DNA of 64,000 bases from Alphaproteobacteria bacterium (GTDB lineage Bacteria > Pseudomonadota > Alphaproteobacteria > Rickettsiales > UBA998), in assembly GCA_043765375.1 (NCBI GenBank), contig JAYUJH010000028.1:12332-76331 (forward strand), in the 5' to 3' direction. Below the pieces are notes generated by a model. The model saw only the letters and a list, made by a program, of their open reading frames with translations, had not been told where the DNA came from and did no database searches. Below are positions 55,537 to 64,000 of this stretch, piece after piece. A program made the position numbers and the translations under genes. Within the stretch, counting starts at the first letter, position 1. Each line of letters opens with the position of its first letter.

Positions 55537-56805
55537 ATGCAATTAGCAGCCAATAATGAAGCAAATCATACCCCTGATAATAAGGCGCAGTTGGTGCAAT
55601 TTCCAATTTATTTGGATAATCAATCAAGCACCCAAACTGACCCTCGGGTGATGGAAGCGATGATACCATATTTCATGCAAAAGTTTGGCAATCCACACTC
55701 ACGTTCGCATTCATTCGGGTGGGAGGCGGAGGCAGCGATAGAGCAGGCTCGGTTGCAAGTTGCGCATTTGATTGGTGCATCGGAGAAAGAAATAATATTC
55801 ACATCTGGCGCAACTGAATCAAATAACATGGCAATCAAAGCGGTGGGGCGGTTTTATAAAGATAAGAAGAACCATATTATCACATTGGTAACCGAACATA
55901 AATGCGTGTTGGATTCCTGCCGTCACATGGAGCGTGAAGGGTTTGAGGTGACATATTTGCCAGTGCAAAGCGATGGATTGGTGGATTTGGAGCAGTTGAA
56001 ATCCGCAATCAAACCAACAACTTTACTTGTTTCCATCATGGCGATTAATAACGAAATCGGCGTAATTCAACCGCTAAAAGAGATTGGAGCGATTTGTCGG
56101 GCGAATGATGTGTTGTTTCACACTGATGCAGCGCAAGCATTTGGCAAAATCCCGCTTAATGTTGATGAAATGAATATTGATTTGATGAGTATATCGGGGC
56201 ATAAGATATATGCGCCCAAGGGGATTGGTGCATTATATGTTCGTCGTCGCCCCCGCGTGCGCATGGAAGCATTGATTAATGGGGGAGGGCAGGAGCGTGG
56301 TATGCGTTCAGGAACATTGCCAACCCCGCTAGTTGTGGGGCTTGGGGTTGCAGCAAAAATCGCTGGAGCGGAGATGGAGCAGGAGAAAATCCGTATTGAT
56401 AATTTAGCAAATCGTTTCACTAGTGCGATATTAGATGATATTGATGACGTGTATCTCAACGGTAACCGCACGCAACGCTGGCTTGGCAATATCAATCTTA
56501 GTTTCGCATATATTGAAGGCGAGTCCATGATTATGGCAATCAAAGATTTGGCAGTATCGTCAGGGTCGGCTTGCACATCAGCCTCGCTTGAACCGTCTTA
56601 TGTGTTGCGTTCGCTTGGTGTGAGTGAGGAATTAGCGCATACTTCAATTCGGTTTGGCATCGGGCGGTTCACCACGGAAGCGGAAATTGATGCGGCGATT
56701 CAAATTGTTAAACGTAGTATTGATAAGTTGCGAGCATTAAGCCCATTATGGGAGATGGCGCAAGAAGGAATTGATATTAGCGCAATAAAGTGGGCTCAAC
56801 ATTAG
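55537..56805 (+). CDS. iscS: Cysteine desulfurase IscS
   Basis: 422 aa. Has [34 protein letters not shown] (PLP Lys), SSGSACTS active-site Cys, and a C-terminal ...WEM..GIDI..IKW. Confidence 0.95.
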   Translation: MQLAANNEANHTPDNKAQLVQFPIYLDNQSSTQTDPRVMEAMIPYFMQKFGNPHSRSHSFGWEAEAAIEQARLQVAHLIGASEKEIIFTSGATESNNMAIKAVGRFYKDKKNHIITLVTEHKCVLDSCRHMEREGFEVTYLPVQSDGLVDLEQLKSAIKPTTLLVSIMAINNEIGVIQPLKEIGAICRANDVLFHTDAAQAFGKIPLNVDEMNIDLMSISGHKIYAPKGIGALYVRRRPRVRMEALINGGGQERGMRSGTLPTPLVVGLGVAAKIAGAEMEQEKIRIDNLANRFTSAILDDIDDVYLNGNRTQRWLGNINLSFAYIEGESMIMAIKDLAVSSGSACTSASLEPSYVLRSLGVSEELAHTSIRFGIGRFTTEAEIDAAIQIVKRSIDKLRALSPLWEMAQEGIDISAIKWAQH

Positions 56806-56898
56806 TGGGGACTGCTCAGCATTAATTGGGCGGAATATGAATATGGTGCAACATTAAAATAAAAACAATATTAAAAATAATTTAAGGAGTAAAATAAA

Positions 56899-57333
56899 AT
56901 GGCATATAGCGAACAATTATTGGATCATTACAACAACCCACGCAATGTTGGGGCGATGGATAAAGCGGATCAAAATGTTGGCACAGGTTTGGTTGGTGCG
57001 CCCGCTTGTGGTGATGTAATGAAGTTACAAATCAAAGTGAATGATGATGGCGTGATAACTGATGCAAAGTTCAAAACATTTGGTTGTGGCTCAGCGATTG
57101 CATCAAGTTCATACGTCACTGAAGTAGTGCGGGGCAAAACGGTTGATGAAGCGATGCAAATGAAAAATACCGAGATTGCTAAACATTTGTCCCTCCCGCC
57201 CGTGAAGATTCATTGCTCAGTTTTGGCGGAAGATGCAATCAAAGCTGCGGTTCGTGATTATAAAATGAAGCATAATATGCTAACAGATGCAGAAAAAGCC
57301 GAGCATTTGCGTAGCATTCCAAATGTGGCTTAA
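56899..57333 (+). CDS. iscU: Fe-S cluster assembly scaffold IscU
   Basis: Reads YSEQLLDHYNNPRNVG...GAPACGDVMKLQI...FKTFGCGSAIASSS...LPPVKIHCSVLAEDAIKAA. Confidence 0.96.
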   Translation: MAYSEQLLDHYNNPRNVGAMDKADQNVGTGLVGAPACGDVMKLQIKVNDDGVITDAKFKTFGCGSAIASSSYVTEVVRGKTVDEAMQMKNTEIAKHLSLPPVKIHCSVLAEDAIKAAVRDYKMKHNMLTDAEKAEHLRSIPNVA

Positions 57334-57338
57334 TTGAT

Positions 57339-57674
57339 ATGGCAACACCAATTATTTCCATTTCAGATGGTGCAGCGGATAAAATCAAGGCGTTAGTCGC
57401 AGCAAGGGCTAAACCGACCGAGGGCGTGCGGGTGAATATCAAAACCCGTGGTTGCTCTGGCTTATCATATAACATTGAATATGCTGAAACAATCGGCAAA
57501 TATGACGAGCTGGTGGAGGAAAAAGGTGTGCGGGTGCTGATTGACCCTAAGGCAATCATGTTTTTGATTGGTTCCGTCATGGAATATGAGGAGGATAAGT
57601 TCAAAAGTGGGTTCACCTTCCGCAACCCTAATGAAAAAGGCAAATGCGGTTGCGGTGAATCATTCCATATTTGA
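57339..57674 (+). CDS. iscA: Iron-sulfur cluster insertion protein (IscA/HesB/ErpA family)
   Basis: 111 aa. Has GCSGLSY and the C-terminal CGCGESF motif. Confidence 0.85.
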   Translation: MATPIISISDGAADKIKALVAARAKPTEGVRVNIKTRGCSGLSYNIEYAETIGKYDELVEEKGVRVLIDPKAIMFLIGSVMEYEEDKFKSGFTFRNPNEKGKCGCGESFHI

Positions 57675-57897
57675 GGGGCGTGCTAGTTTCAACGTTTTTG
57701 CGTAATGAATATTTTGTGTAATCTAATTGCAGGTTGCCTTCAATGAAATTAGCAATTTTAAGGGTAAATTATTATGGATAAAGGAAAAAGCAAAATTAAA
57801 TGCGCAAATTGAGTTGAAATAATAATTATAGATATCATCATTCGCTGTTATGACAAGTTTTTCACTATTATGATGTTATTTAACACTCTAGCAACCA

Positions 57898-57925
57898 GTC
57901 ATACCAGCGCAGTCTGGTATCCATA
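57898..57925. repeat. Dispersed palindromic repeat, best copy (gtcataccagcgcagtctggtatccata)
   Basis: Perfect 7-bp arms ataccag / ctggtat around a 6-nt loop. Intergenic, between iscA and xseA. Confidence 0.65.
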
Positions 57926-58024
57926 AGTCTTCAGTAATATTAGTTGTTTGGATAATTTTTCATACTCCCAACATATTATTTTTTTTAATAAAATATTAAT
58001 AACATTTCACCAAAACAACCAACA

Positions 58025-59464
58025 TCAAAACAAATCCAATTGATTACTTGGTGATGGCTTTTTTGTGGATTTATTCTTATATAATAACATCTCGCCATCT
58101 TGCAAATGCACTTTCACTTCATTGACTTTGTTCAATTGTCCAATATTGCTCAGCACTTCGCCCGTGATTGGGTTGCTTAAATAAGCATAGCCACGCAGCA
58201 ACATTGCGTTATGATTTAAGGATTTCAGCATTCGCACAAAGCCACTTAATCGCAAATCATGTTGGCGCAAATGCGATTGCATCGCCTGCTCCATTCGCTG
58301 ATTTATATTTTGAACATTAACCATTTGCCCTTCAATTTGCTGCATATAATTGCGCAGATTCAGCCTTTGAACAGCCCGCTCCATGGCTTGATTTGTCTGT
58401 TGCAATAATTGGTTAATCGCAACATTTAGCCGTTCTTGCCATTCATCAAGCCGTTGCATTTTCATTTCAAGCGCACGTTGTGGGTTGATTAACCCCCGAG
58501 CCATTGCGTTTAATCGCTCTTGTTGATTATCCAATTTGCGCAAAATCTGTTGCTGCATATGGTGCGCATGTTGCTGCAATGTGAAGCGCAAATCCTGCAA
58601 CACGGGAACTGCCATTTCCGCCGCTGCCGTTGGAGTTGGCGCACGCTTATCTGCCACAAAATCCAATAAAGTGAAATCCGTTTCATGCCCAATCGCTGAA
58701 ATTATTGGAATGACAGAGTTAGCCGCCGCCCGCACTACTAACTCATCGTTAAAGCACCATAAATCCTCCATTGAACCGCCACCCCTTGCCACGATTATCA
58801 AATCTGGCGTAAGTAAATCTGGCGTAGGTAATGAAGTGGGTAAATTTAAATTATGATGCGTTAATTCATTAAAGCCGTTAATCGCTGCTGCAATTTGCAA
58901 CTCCGCTCCTTTGCCCTGCACCGCTACTCCCCATACTAGCACCCGCACGGGAAATCGCTCCTCCAAACGATGCAAAATATCACGAATTACCGCTCCTGTT
59001 GGCGAAGTCACCACCCCAATGGTTAAAGGTAAATAAGGCAAAGTTCGTTTTCGCTCAATCGCAAATAACCCCTCAGCGGCGAATTGTTGTTTGCGTCGCT
59101 CTAACATCGCAGCGAGTGCGCCCGCTCCTGAAAGTTCTATACGCTCAATGATTAGCTGATAATTTGAACGTCCCGCATAAGTGCTGATGCGCCCCGTGCA
59201 GATAACCTCCATACCATTTTCAGGAGCGGCAGGCAATTTTGCGCCAACTCCCTTCCAACATACGGCGTTAATTAATGATTTATCATCTTTCAGATCAAAA
59301 TATATATGCCCCGATGATGCGATTTTGCAACCTGAAATCTCACCTCGCACCCGCACATGTTCAAATGCTCCCTCCAAGGTGCGTTTGAGTGCGTTTGATA
59401 GCTCGGAAACACTTAGTTCTGGCGAGTTATGGGCGGAATTATCGTTAATCGTTGTTTCTTCCAT
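58025..59464 (-). CDS. xseA: Exodeoxyribonuclease VII large subunit
   Basis: 479 aa. Has [15 protein letters not shown]..., an OB fold, [16 protein letters not shown], and a coiled-coil C-terminus. Confidence 0.93.
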   Translation of the reverse strand: MEETTINDNSAHNSPELSVSELSNALKRTLEGAFEHVRVRGEISGCKIASSGHIYFDLKDDKSLINAVCWKGVGAKLPAAPENGMEVICTGRISTYAGRSNYQLIIERIELSGAGALAAMLERRKQQFAAEGLFAIERKRTLPYLPLTIGVVTSPTGAVIRDILHRLEERFPVRVLVWGVAVQGKGAELQIAAAINGFNELTHHNLNLPTSLPTPDLLTPDLIIVARGGGSMEDLWCFNDELVVRAAANSVIPIISAIGHETDFTLLDFVADKRAPTPTAAAEMAVPVLQDLRFTLQQHAHHMQQQILRKLDNQQERLNAMARGLINPQRALEMKMQRLDEWQERLNVAINQLLQQTNQAMERAVQRLNLRNYMQQIEGQMVNVQNINQRMEQAMQSHLRQHDLRLSGFVRMLKSLNHNAMLLRGYAYLSNPITGEVLSNIGQLNKVNEVKVHLQDGEMLLYKNKSTKKPSPSNQLDLF

Positions 59465-59552
59465 ATTATTATATTATATCGTATGTGTATTTATTTTTTG
59501 CCGTCTATTTCATATATTTTGCTTTCACTTGTAAATATGGGCATATATTCTT

Positions 59553-60461
59553 TCAACCTAGGCGCAGTCTGTGCTTTCGGTATTTTTGTGTAATATTAAC
59601 TATCAACGCAATTATTGAGCCAAGTGCCGCTCCAGAAATTGCGCATATAACAACTTTGCATAACCATTGCAATGCTTGATTAGGCAACGTAATTTTTTCC
59701 AATAAATGATGCAATATTGGTATGCCATGCGCTATGATTTCCGCACCAACCCACAGCATTGCTGCCGTTCCTATGTAACTTAGCACATTCAAAAAATATG
59801 GCATGAACTGCACTATTGCTCGCCCAAATTGTTGCAAAAATCGGTGTTTTGTTCGGGTGAGCCACAGCCCAAAATCATCAGCTTTGACGATAATTCCAAC
59901 AAAGCCATAAACCGCAATCGTAATTCCACTCGCCACTATTATCATCACGATAATTTGGGTAATCAGCGGTTGCGTTGCTACATTATGATAAGTTATAGCG
60001 ATTATCTCGGACGATAAAATCAAGTCAGTTCGCACCGCAGATTTGATGCGTATCTGCTCCAATTCATCGGCGGTTATAATTTCAGCGGGGAGGGCATCTT
60101 CATGTTGCGGTGCAAAAATATGGTGCAATTTTTCATAGCCCTCAAAACATAAATAACACCCGCCAAGCATTAATATTGGTTGAATTAACCATGGCAGAAA
60201 AAACCCTAGCAACAAGGCGGCGGGAGTAAGAAATAGCAACTTGTTAATCACAGATTGTTTGGCAATCGCAAATATAATTGCAAGTTCTCTTTTGGGGGAA
60301 AGTCCTATCACATATTTAGGGGTTACTGCTGCATCATCAATCACAATTCCCGAGACTTTGCTGCCAGTTTTTGTTACCTGAGCTGCCACATCATCAAGGC
60401 TTGCTGCATTTATTTTCACTAATGCGGCGATATCATCTAGCAGTGCGAGCAACCCCGACAT
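59553..60461 (-). CDS. DUF808 family inner-membrane protein (YedI-like)
   Basis: 302 aa. Has N-terminal LLALLDDIAALVK...DDAAVTP typical of DUF808, plus multiple TM helices. Confidence 0.75.
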   Translation of the reverse strand: MSGLLALLDDIAALVKINAASLDDVAAQVTKTGSKVSGIVIDDAAVTPKYVIGLSPKRELAIIFAIAKQSVINKLLFLTPAALLLGFFLPWLIQPILMLGGCYLCFEGYEKLHHIFAPQHEDALPAEIITADELEQIRIKSAVRTDLILSSEIIAITYHNVATQPLITQIIVMIIVASGITIAVYGFVGIIVKADDFGLWLTRTKHRFLQQFGRAIVQFMPYFLNVLSYIGTAAMLWVGAEIIAHGIPILHHLLEKITLPNQALQWLCKVVICAISGAALGSIIALIVNITQKYRKHRLRLG

Positions 60462-60467
60462 GATATT

Positions 60468-61877
60468 TTATAATGTTCGGGCGTCAGTTAATTTGCCTGT
60501 TAGTGCTGCTGCAACCGCCATGACTGGGCTAACCAAGTGAGTTCTGCCTCCTCTACCCTGCCTGCCTTCAAAATTACGATTTGAAGTTGAGGCGCATCTT
60601 TCTCCATCTTCTAAGCGGTCAGAGTTCATCGCCAAACACATGGAGCAACCAGCTTCACGCCATTCAAAACCCGCATTAAGGAATAATTCGTGCAATCCTT
60701 CCGCTTCCGCTTGTTGTTTCACTAATCCAGAACCGGGGACAACCATCGCCAACTTGATATTGCTTGCAACTTTTCGCCCTTTAATCAGGCTTGCTGCTGC
60801 ACGAAAATCTTCAATTCTGCCATTGGTGCATGAGCCAATAAATACCTTATCAATCACGATTTCTGCCAAAGGAGTTCCCGCTTTTAATCCCATATATTCC
60901 AGTGAGCGAGCAACTGCTACTTGCCTATTTTCGTCATCAAAATCAGTTGGTGACGGCACATTTGCGCCAATTGGCAACACATCTTGCGGGCTTGTTCCCC
61001 ATGTTACTTGTGGGGCAATATCGCTTGCATTCAAAGTTATTTCTGCATCAAACTTGGCGTTTTCATCGCTTGCAAATCCAGACCAATATTTAATTGCTGC
61101 GTCAAAATCCGCTGGTGCAAAGTTACGCCCCTGCAAATATGCGAATGTTTTGGCATCGGGAGCGATTAACCCAGCTCTCGCGCCCGCTTCAATTGACATG
61201 TTGCAAACCGTCATGCGCCCTTCCATGCTAAGCGATGTTATCGCCTCGCCCGCATATTCAATCACATAACCAGTTGCACCAGCTGTGCCGATTTTGCCGA
61301 TTATTGCTAACACAATATCTTTCGCACCAACGCCCCCATCAACACCATGTGGCAATGAACCATTCACAGTTACTCGCATATTCTTAGATTTTTTCATACG
61401 CAGTGTTTGCGTGGCTAGCACATGTTCAACATCAGAAGTGCCTATCCCAAACGCTAATGCGCCAAAAGCTCCGTGGGTTGAAGTATGAGAATCACCACAT
61501 ACAATAGTCATAGCGGGCTGTGTAAAACCTTGCTCGGGCCCAACGACGTGAACAATTCCTTGACGAATATCGTCCATTTTGAAATAAGTCACGCCAAACT
61601 CAGCGCAATTATCTTCCAAAGTTTGCACTTGCAATCTTGCCGTTGCATCTTTAATTCCCTGCGCACGGTCAGGAGTGGTTGGAACATTATGGTCAGCAAC
61701 CGCCAATGTTGCATCGGGGCGACGCATTTTCCGCCCTGCTGCTCTCAATCCTTCAAATGCTTGCGGGCTAGTAACTTCATGCACCAAGTGCCTGTCAATA
61801 TAAATTACACATTCTTCACCAGCGCCACCAGCTACTAAATGCGAATCCCATATTTTATCATATAAAGTTTTTGCCAC
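60468..61877 (-). CDS. leuC: 3-isopropylmalate dehydratase large subunit (no adjacent leuD)
   Basis: 469 aa. Has [34 protein letters not shown] and NFEGRQG. Confidence 0.96.
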   Translation of the reverse strand: MAKTLYDKIWDSHLVAGGAGEECVIYIDRHLVHEVTSPQAFEGLRAAGRKMRRPDATLAVADHNVPTTPDRAQGIKDATARLQVQTLEDNCAEFGVTYFKMDDIRQGIVHVVGPEQGFTQPAMTIVCGDSHTSTHGAFGALAFGIGTSDVEHVLATQTLRMKKSKNMRVTVNGSLPHGVDGGVGAKDIVLAIIGKIGTAGATGYVIEYAGEAITSLSMEGRMTVCNMSIEAGARAGLIAPDAKTFAYLQGRNFAPADFDAAIKYWSGFASDENAKFDAEITLNASDIAPQVTWGTSPQDVLPIGANVPSPTDFDDENRQVAVARSLEYMGLKAGTPLAEIVIDKVFIGSCTNGRIEDFRAAASLIKGRKVASNIKLAMVVPGSGLVKQQAEAEGLHELFLNAGFEWREAGCSMCLAMNSDRLEDGERCASTSNRNFEGRQGRGGRTHLVSPVMAVAAALTGKLTDARTL

Positions 61878-61954
61878 GCCAGTTCACCTATTATTATGGT
61901 TCACCTATATTCTAGTTCACCTATTATTATTGGAATGTTTAAGCTAAATAAATG

Positions 61955-62344
61955 TTAAGCCTTAGCAACTCTATTATAATCTTGCTTCTCACGGATACGA
62001 GCCGCTTTACCAGTCCGTCCACGCAAATAATATAATTTAGCACGGCGCACATCACCGCGTCGCAATGTTTCAATGCTTTCAATGCGTGGGGAATATAATG
62101 GAAACACGCGCTCTAAACCCTCGCCATGGCTGATTTTGCGTAAAGTGAAGGCTGATTGCAATCCACGGTTTTTGCGAGCGATACAAACACCCTCAAACGC
62201 CTGAATACGCTCATTTTGCCCTTCAATAATACGCACATTAACTTTGACAGTGTCACCCGGTGCGAACTTATCCATGCGCTTGCCATCGGCTAAAAAATCA
62301 ACATATTCTTTTTCAAGTTGTTGCAATAGATTCATTTCGTTCAA
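61955..62344 (-). CDS. rplS: 50S ribosomal protein L19
   Basis: 129 aa. Has [54 protein letters not shown]. Confidence 0.96.
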   Translation of the reverse strand: MNEMNLLQQLEKEYVDFLADGKRMDKFAPGDTVKVNVRIIEGQNERIQAFEGVCIARKNRGLQSAFTLRKISHGEGLERVFPLYSPRIESIETLRRGDVRRAKLYYLRGRTGKAARIREKQDYNRVAKA

Positions 62345-62383
62345 ACTCCAATATTTATATGTATCAATATTTATATGTATATT

Positions 62384-63118
62384 TTATTCTTCGGCTTCAC
62401 TATATCCATGGGTTTTACTATATTCATGCCACAAATCAGTTCTGCGCTCTTTAGTAACAAGCAAGGCTTGCTTGATGCGCCAGTTTTTGATTGCGACGTG
62501 GTTACCAGAAGTTAGCACCTCTGGCACAGCAATGCCATTCCAATAAGGGGGCTTAGTATAGTGCGGATATTCAAGAAGTCCAGCGTTTTTTTTACCAATC
62601 GTGAAACTTTCTTCATTTAATGTGTCATGATTGCCTAGCATATTGGGAAGGTAGCGCAACATTGCCTCCATCAAAACTAGTGCGGGCAACTCCCCGCCGC
62701 ATAATATATAATCACCAATGCTTAGCTCAAGCGGTTGATAATGCTGGATAATTCGCTCATCAATTCCTTCAAATCTTCCGCAAATAATGATATATTCCTG
62801 CGGTGAATGCGCCGTCAATTCCTGCACCATAGCTTGCTTGAGAGGCTCGCCTTTGGGAGTTAAAAAAATCAATTTTGCTTGCGGGAGTTGCTTTATTGCA
62901 GCATCAATGCTTGCTGCCATCACATCAGCTTTCAGCACCATTCCAGCCCCGCCACCATAGGGAGTATCATCAACGGTGCGGTGTTTATCGGTTGCAAAAT
63001 CACGAATATTGCTGGTGGTGAGTTGCCAATTGCCCGCCCGCATCGCCGCCCCCGTGATGGAATGGGCAAGCGTTGCTGGAAACATTTCAGGATATAATGT
63101 GAGAATGTGGAAGTGCAT
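62384..63118 (-). CDS. trmD: tRNA (guanine37-N1)-methyltransferase
   Basis: 244 aa. Has FHILTLYPEMF, DDTPYGGGAGMVLK, CGRFEGIDERI, and SIGDYILCGGELPA. Confidence 0.95.
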   Translation of the reverse strand: MHFHILTLYPEMFPATLAHSITGAAMRAGNWQLTTSNIRDFATDKHRTVDDTPYGGGAGMVLKADVMAASIDAAIKQLPQAKLIFLTPKGEPLKQAMVQELTAHSPQEYIIICGRFEGIDERIIQHYQPLELSIGDYILCGGELPALVLMEAMLRYLPNMLGNHDTLNEESFTIGKKNAGLLEYPHYTKPPYWNGIAVPEVLTSGNHVAIKNWRIKQALLVTKERRTDLWHEYSKTHGYSEAEE

Positions 63119-63140
63119 ATTATTTTAGGGTTTTATTTTA

Positions 63141-63200
63141 GGGTTTAGGGGTGAGGGTATAGGGGCTAGGGGCTAGATTTTTTCACTATACCCTAAACCC
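63141..63200. repeat. G-rich imperfect inverted repeat (gggtttagggg-tga-gggtatag ... ctataccctaaaccc) in the trmD upstream region
   Basis: Arms pair with a 4-nt bulge. The loop contains a taggggc tandem. The TTTAGGG/CCCTAAA motif also occurs at 17062 and 43577..43600. Confidence 0.6.
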
Positions 63201-63304
63201 TAATCCTTGTCCCCTAAAAAAAGATTGCTTTTTTTACGTTTTTATTGGATAATTTAAGGGTAAAAGTTTTTTATGCCGTATTTTTTAATACGGCAACATA
63301 TATT

Positions 63305-63604
63305 ATGTCTCTTCTCAGGAAAGAAGATGAATCTGATGCAGATTATAGAAATCGCTGTAATCTAGATGATATGTCCCAAAGGAGAAATCACACCGCTTCA
63401 CCTAGCTCAATCAGTCATAGAAAAACCCATTTTAGGGCGTGGATTTGCGTTGGTGGTTCTTTCTTATTAATCGGCTTTTTCGTTGGAACTTGCATTGAGG
63501 AATGCGGTTTGAATAATCCCCGCCCCGTTTGCGTTGCGAGGGTAGCCGTTAAGACTGCTTTGACTTTCAATGATTTTGTTCAAAAATTTGTTGGTGGCAA
63601 ATAA
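63305..63604 (+). CDS. Hypothetical small membrane protein
   Basis: 99 aa from ATG 63305 (the track's TTG 63245 extension is unlikely). One TM helix, AWICVGGSFLLIGFFVGTCI. Followed by a strong terminator. Confidence 0.45.
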   Translation: MSLLRKEDESDADYRNRCNLDDMSQRRNHTASPSSISHRKTHFRAWICVGGSFLLIGFFVGTCIEECGLNNPRPVCVARVAVKTALTFNDFVQKFVGGK

Positions 63605-63614
63605 TAACCCTCCC

Positions 63615-63644
63615 CCCGCTATATCCAATAGCGGGACTTTTTTT
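63615..63644 (+). terminator. Rho-independent terminator after ORF 63305..63604
   Basis: Perfect 8-bp stem cccgctat / atagcggg, 5-nt loop, then ac + T7. Confidence 0.8.
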
Positions 63645-63723
63645 GTGATGTTTATTATAATTTATAATTAAAATATCAATATCTGCTTGCCAATTCCACC
63701 TTAATTGCGCTAACCATGATTAC

Positions 63724-64000
63724 GTGAAATTAAAATATCTAATCATATATATATTGCTGTTTGGTGCAGCTATTCCTGCCCTTGCTAACTCTGAAGCTGC
63801 CTCCAAAGCTAAGCCTAAAAACGAGGCAGAGCAGGTATTCATGCAGGCGGATAATCTCAGTTATGACAATAAAAATGCGATTGTGATAGCCAATGGTAAT
63901 GTGGAAGTGGTGCGGGGTGAGCGCATCGTGATTGCTGACCATATTTATTATTATCAAACGCAAGATGTGGTGAAGGCCAAGGGCAATGTTAGTTTGTTGC
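63724..64000 (+). CDS. lptD: LPS-assembly protein LptD, N-terminal part (OstA/LptA-like domain); continues beyond the right edge
   Basis: Hand translation from GTG 63724 gives VKLKYLIIYILLFGAAIPALANSEA...VFMQADNLSYDNKNAIVIANGNVEVVRGERIVIADHIYYYQTQDVVKAKGNVSLL, which is a signal peptide plus the typical OstA_N pattern. Confidence 0.7.
   Translation, partial: MKLKYLIIYILLFGAAIPALANSEAASKAKPKNEAEQVFMQADNLSYDNKNAIVIANGNVEVVRGERIVIADHIYYYQTQDVVKAKGNVSLL

Noticed and set aside
63121-63215. TTTAGGG/CCCTAAA motifs resembling eukaryotic telomere repeats, raising the question of contamination or a linear-replicon end
   Set aside because: The motifs are few, interrupted, arranged as an inverted repeat and embedded between normal bacterial genes on both sides. 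Nothing indicates a replicon terminus.

Overview
The window looks like a gene-dense, AT-rich alphaproteobacterial chromosome segment. The gene set points that way: hemA-type 5-aminolevulinate synthase, petABC cytochrome bc1, atpHAGDC, NDUFS4-like and NDUFAF7-like proteins, two DUF1640 proteins and a Rickettsia-style 480-aa isocitrate dehydrogenase. Assigning it to a Rickettsiales/Holosporales-like, possibly host-associated organism is inference only. I support about 68 protein genes, almost all housekeeping. These include ftsZ, argC, ispA-xseB, scoAB, serA, lpxC, uppP, sodB, secD, icd, rpmE, phoB, der, bamB, lipB, aspS, nspC, iscSUA, xseA, leuC, rplS-trmD and the start of lptD. There are two tRNAs, initiator tRNA-fMet(CAU) and tRNA-Ala(UGC). 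I saw no rRNA, CRISPR array, transposase, integrase or prophage genes.

The non-core signals are:
1. Two separate two-gene cassettes each pair a standalone ImmA/IrrE-type HExxH metallopeptidase with a small membrane protein. They lack the usual Xre/ImmR HTH partner. Each sits with 1-4 nt gaps or overlaps inside a housekeeping gene string (aspS/lipB and CHI-like/nspC). This is my best candidate for an undescribed toxin-antitoxin or defence-like system.
2. Two near-identical promoter modules, CTTGACAT-(G11 or G13)-TAAAATA, carry the homopolymer inside a 16-nt spacer. This is the classic design of a slipped-strand phase-variable promoter. One drives a small 2-TM protein and the other a 165-aa orphan protein.
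3. A family of short dispersed palindromic repeats (GTCATACCAGYGCAGNCTGGTATCCA) is present, with half-copies flanking one of the phase-variable genes. A 150-bp MITE-like element with 18-nt terminal inverted repeats is also present.
4. Further accessory items are an orphan fliE, an LprI(DUF1311)-trypsin fusion protease between the two tRNAs, and several orphan or low-complexity proteins.

All functional calls come from reading the translated ORFs for family motifs. No database search was run.
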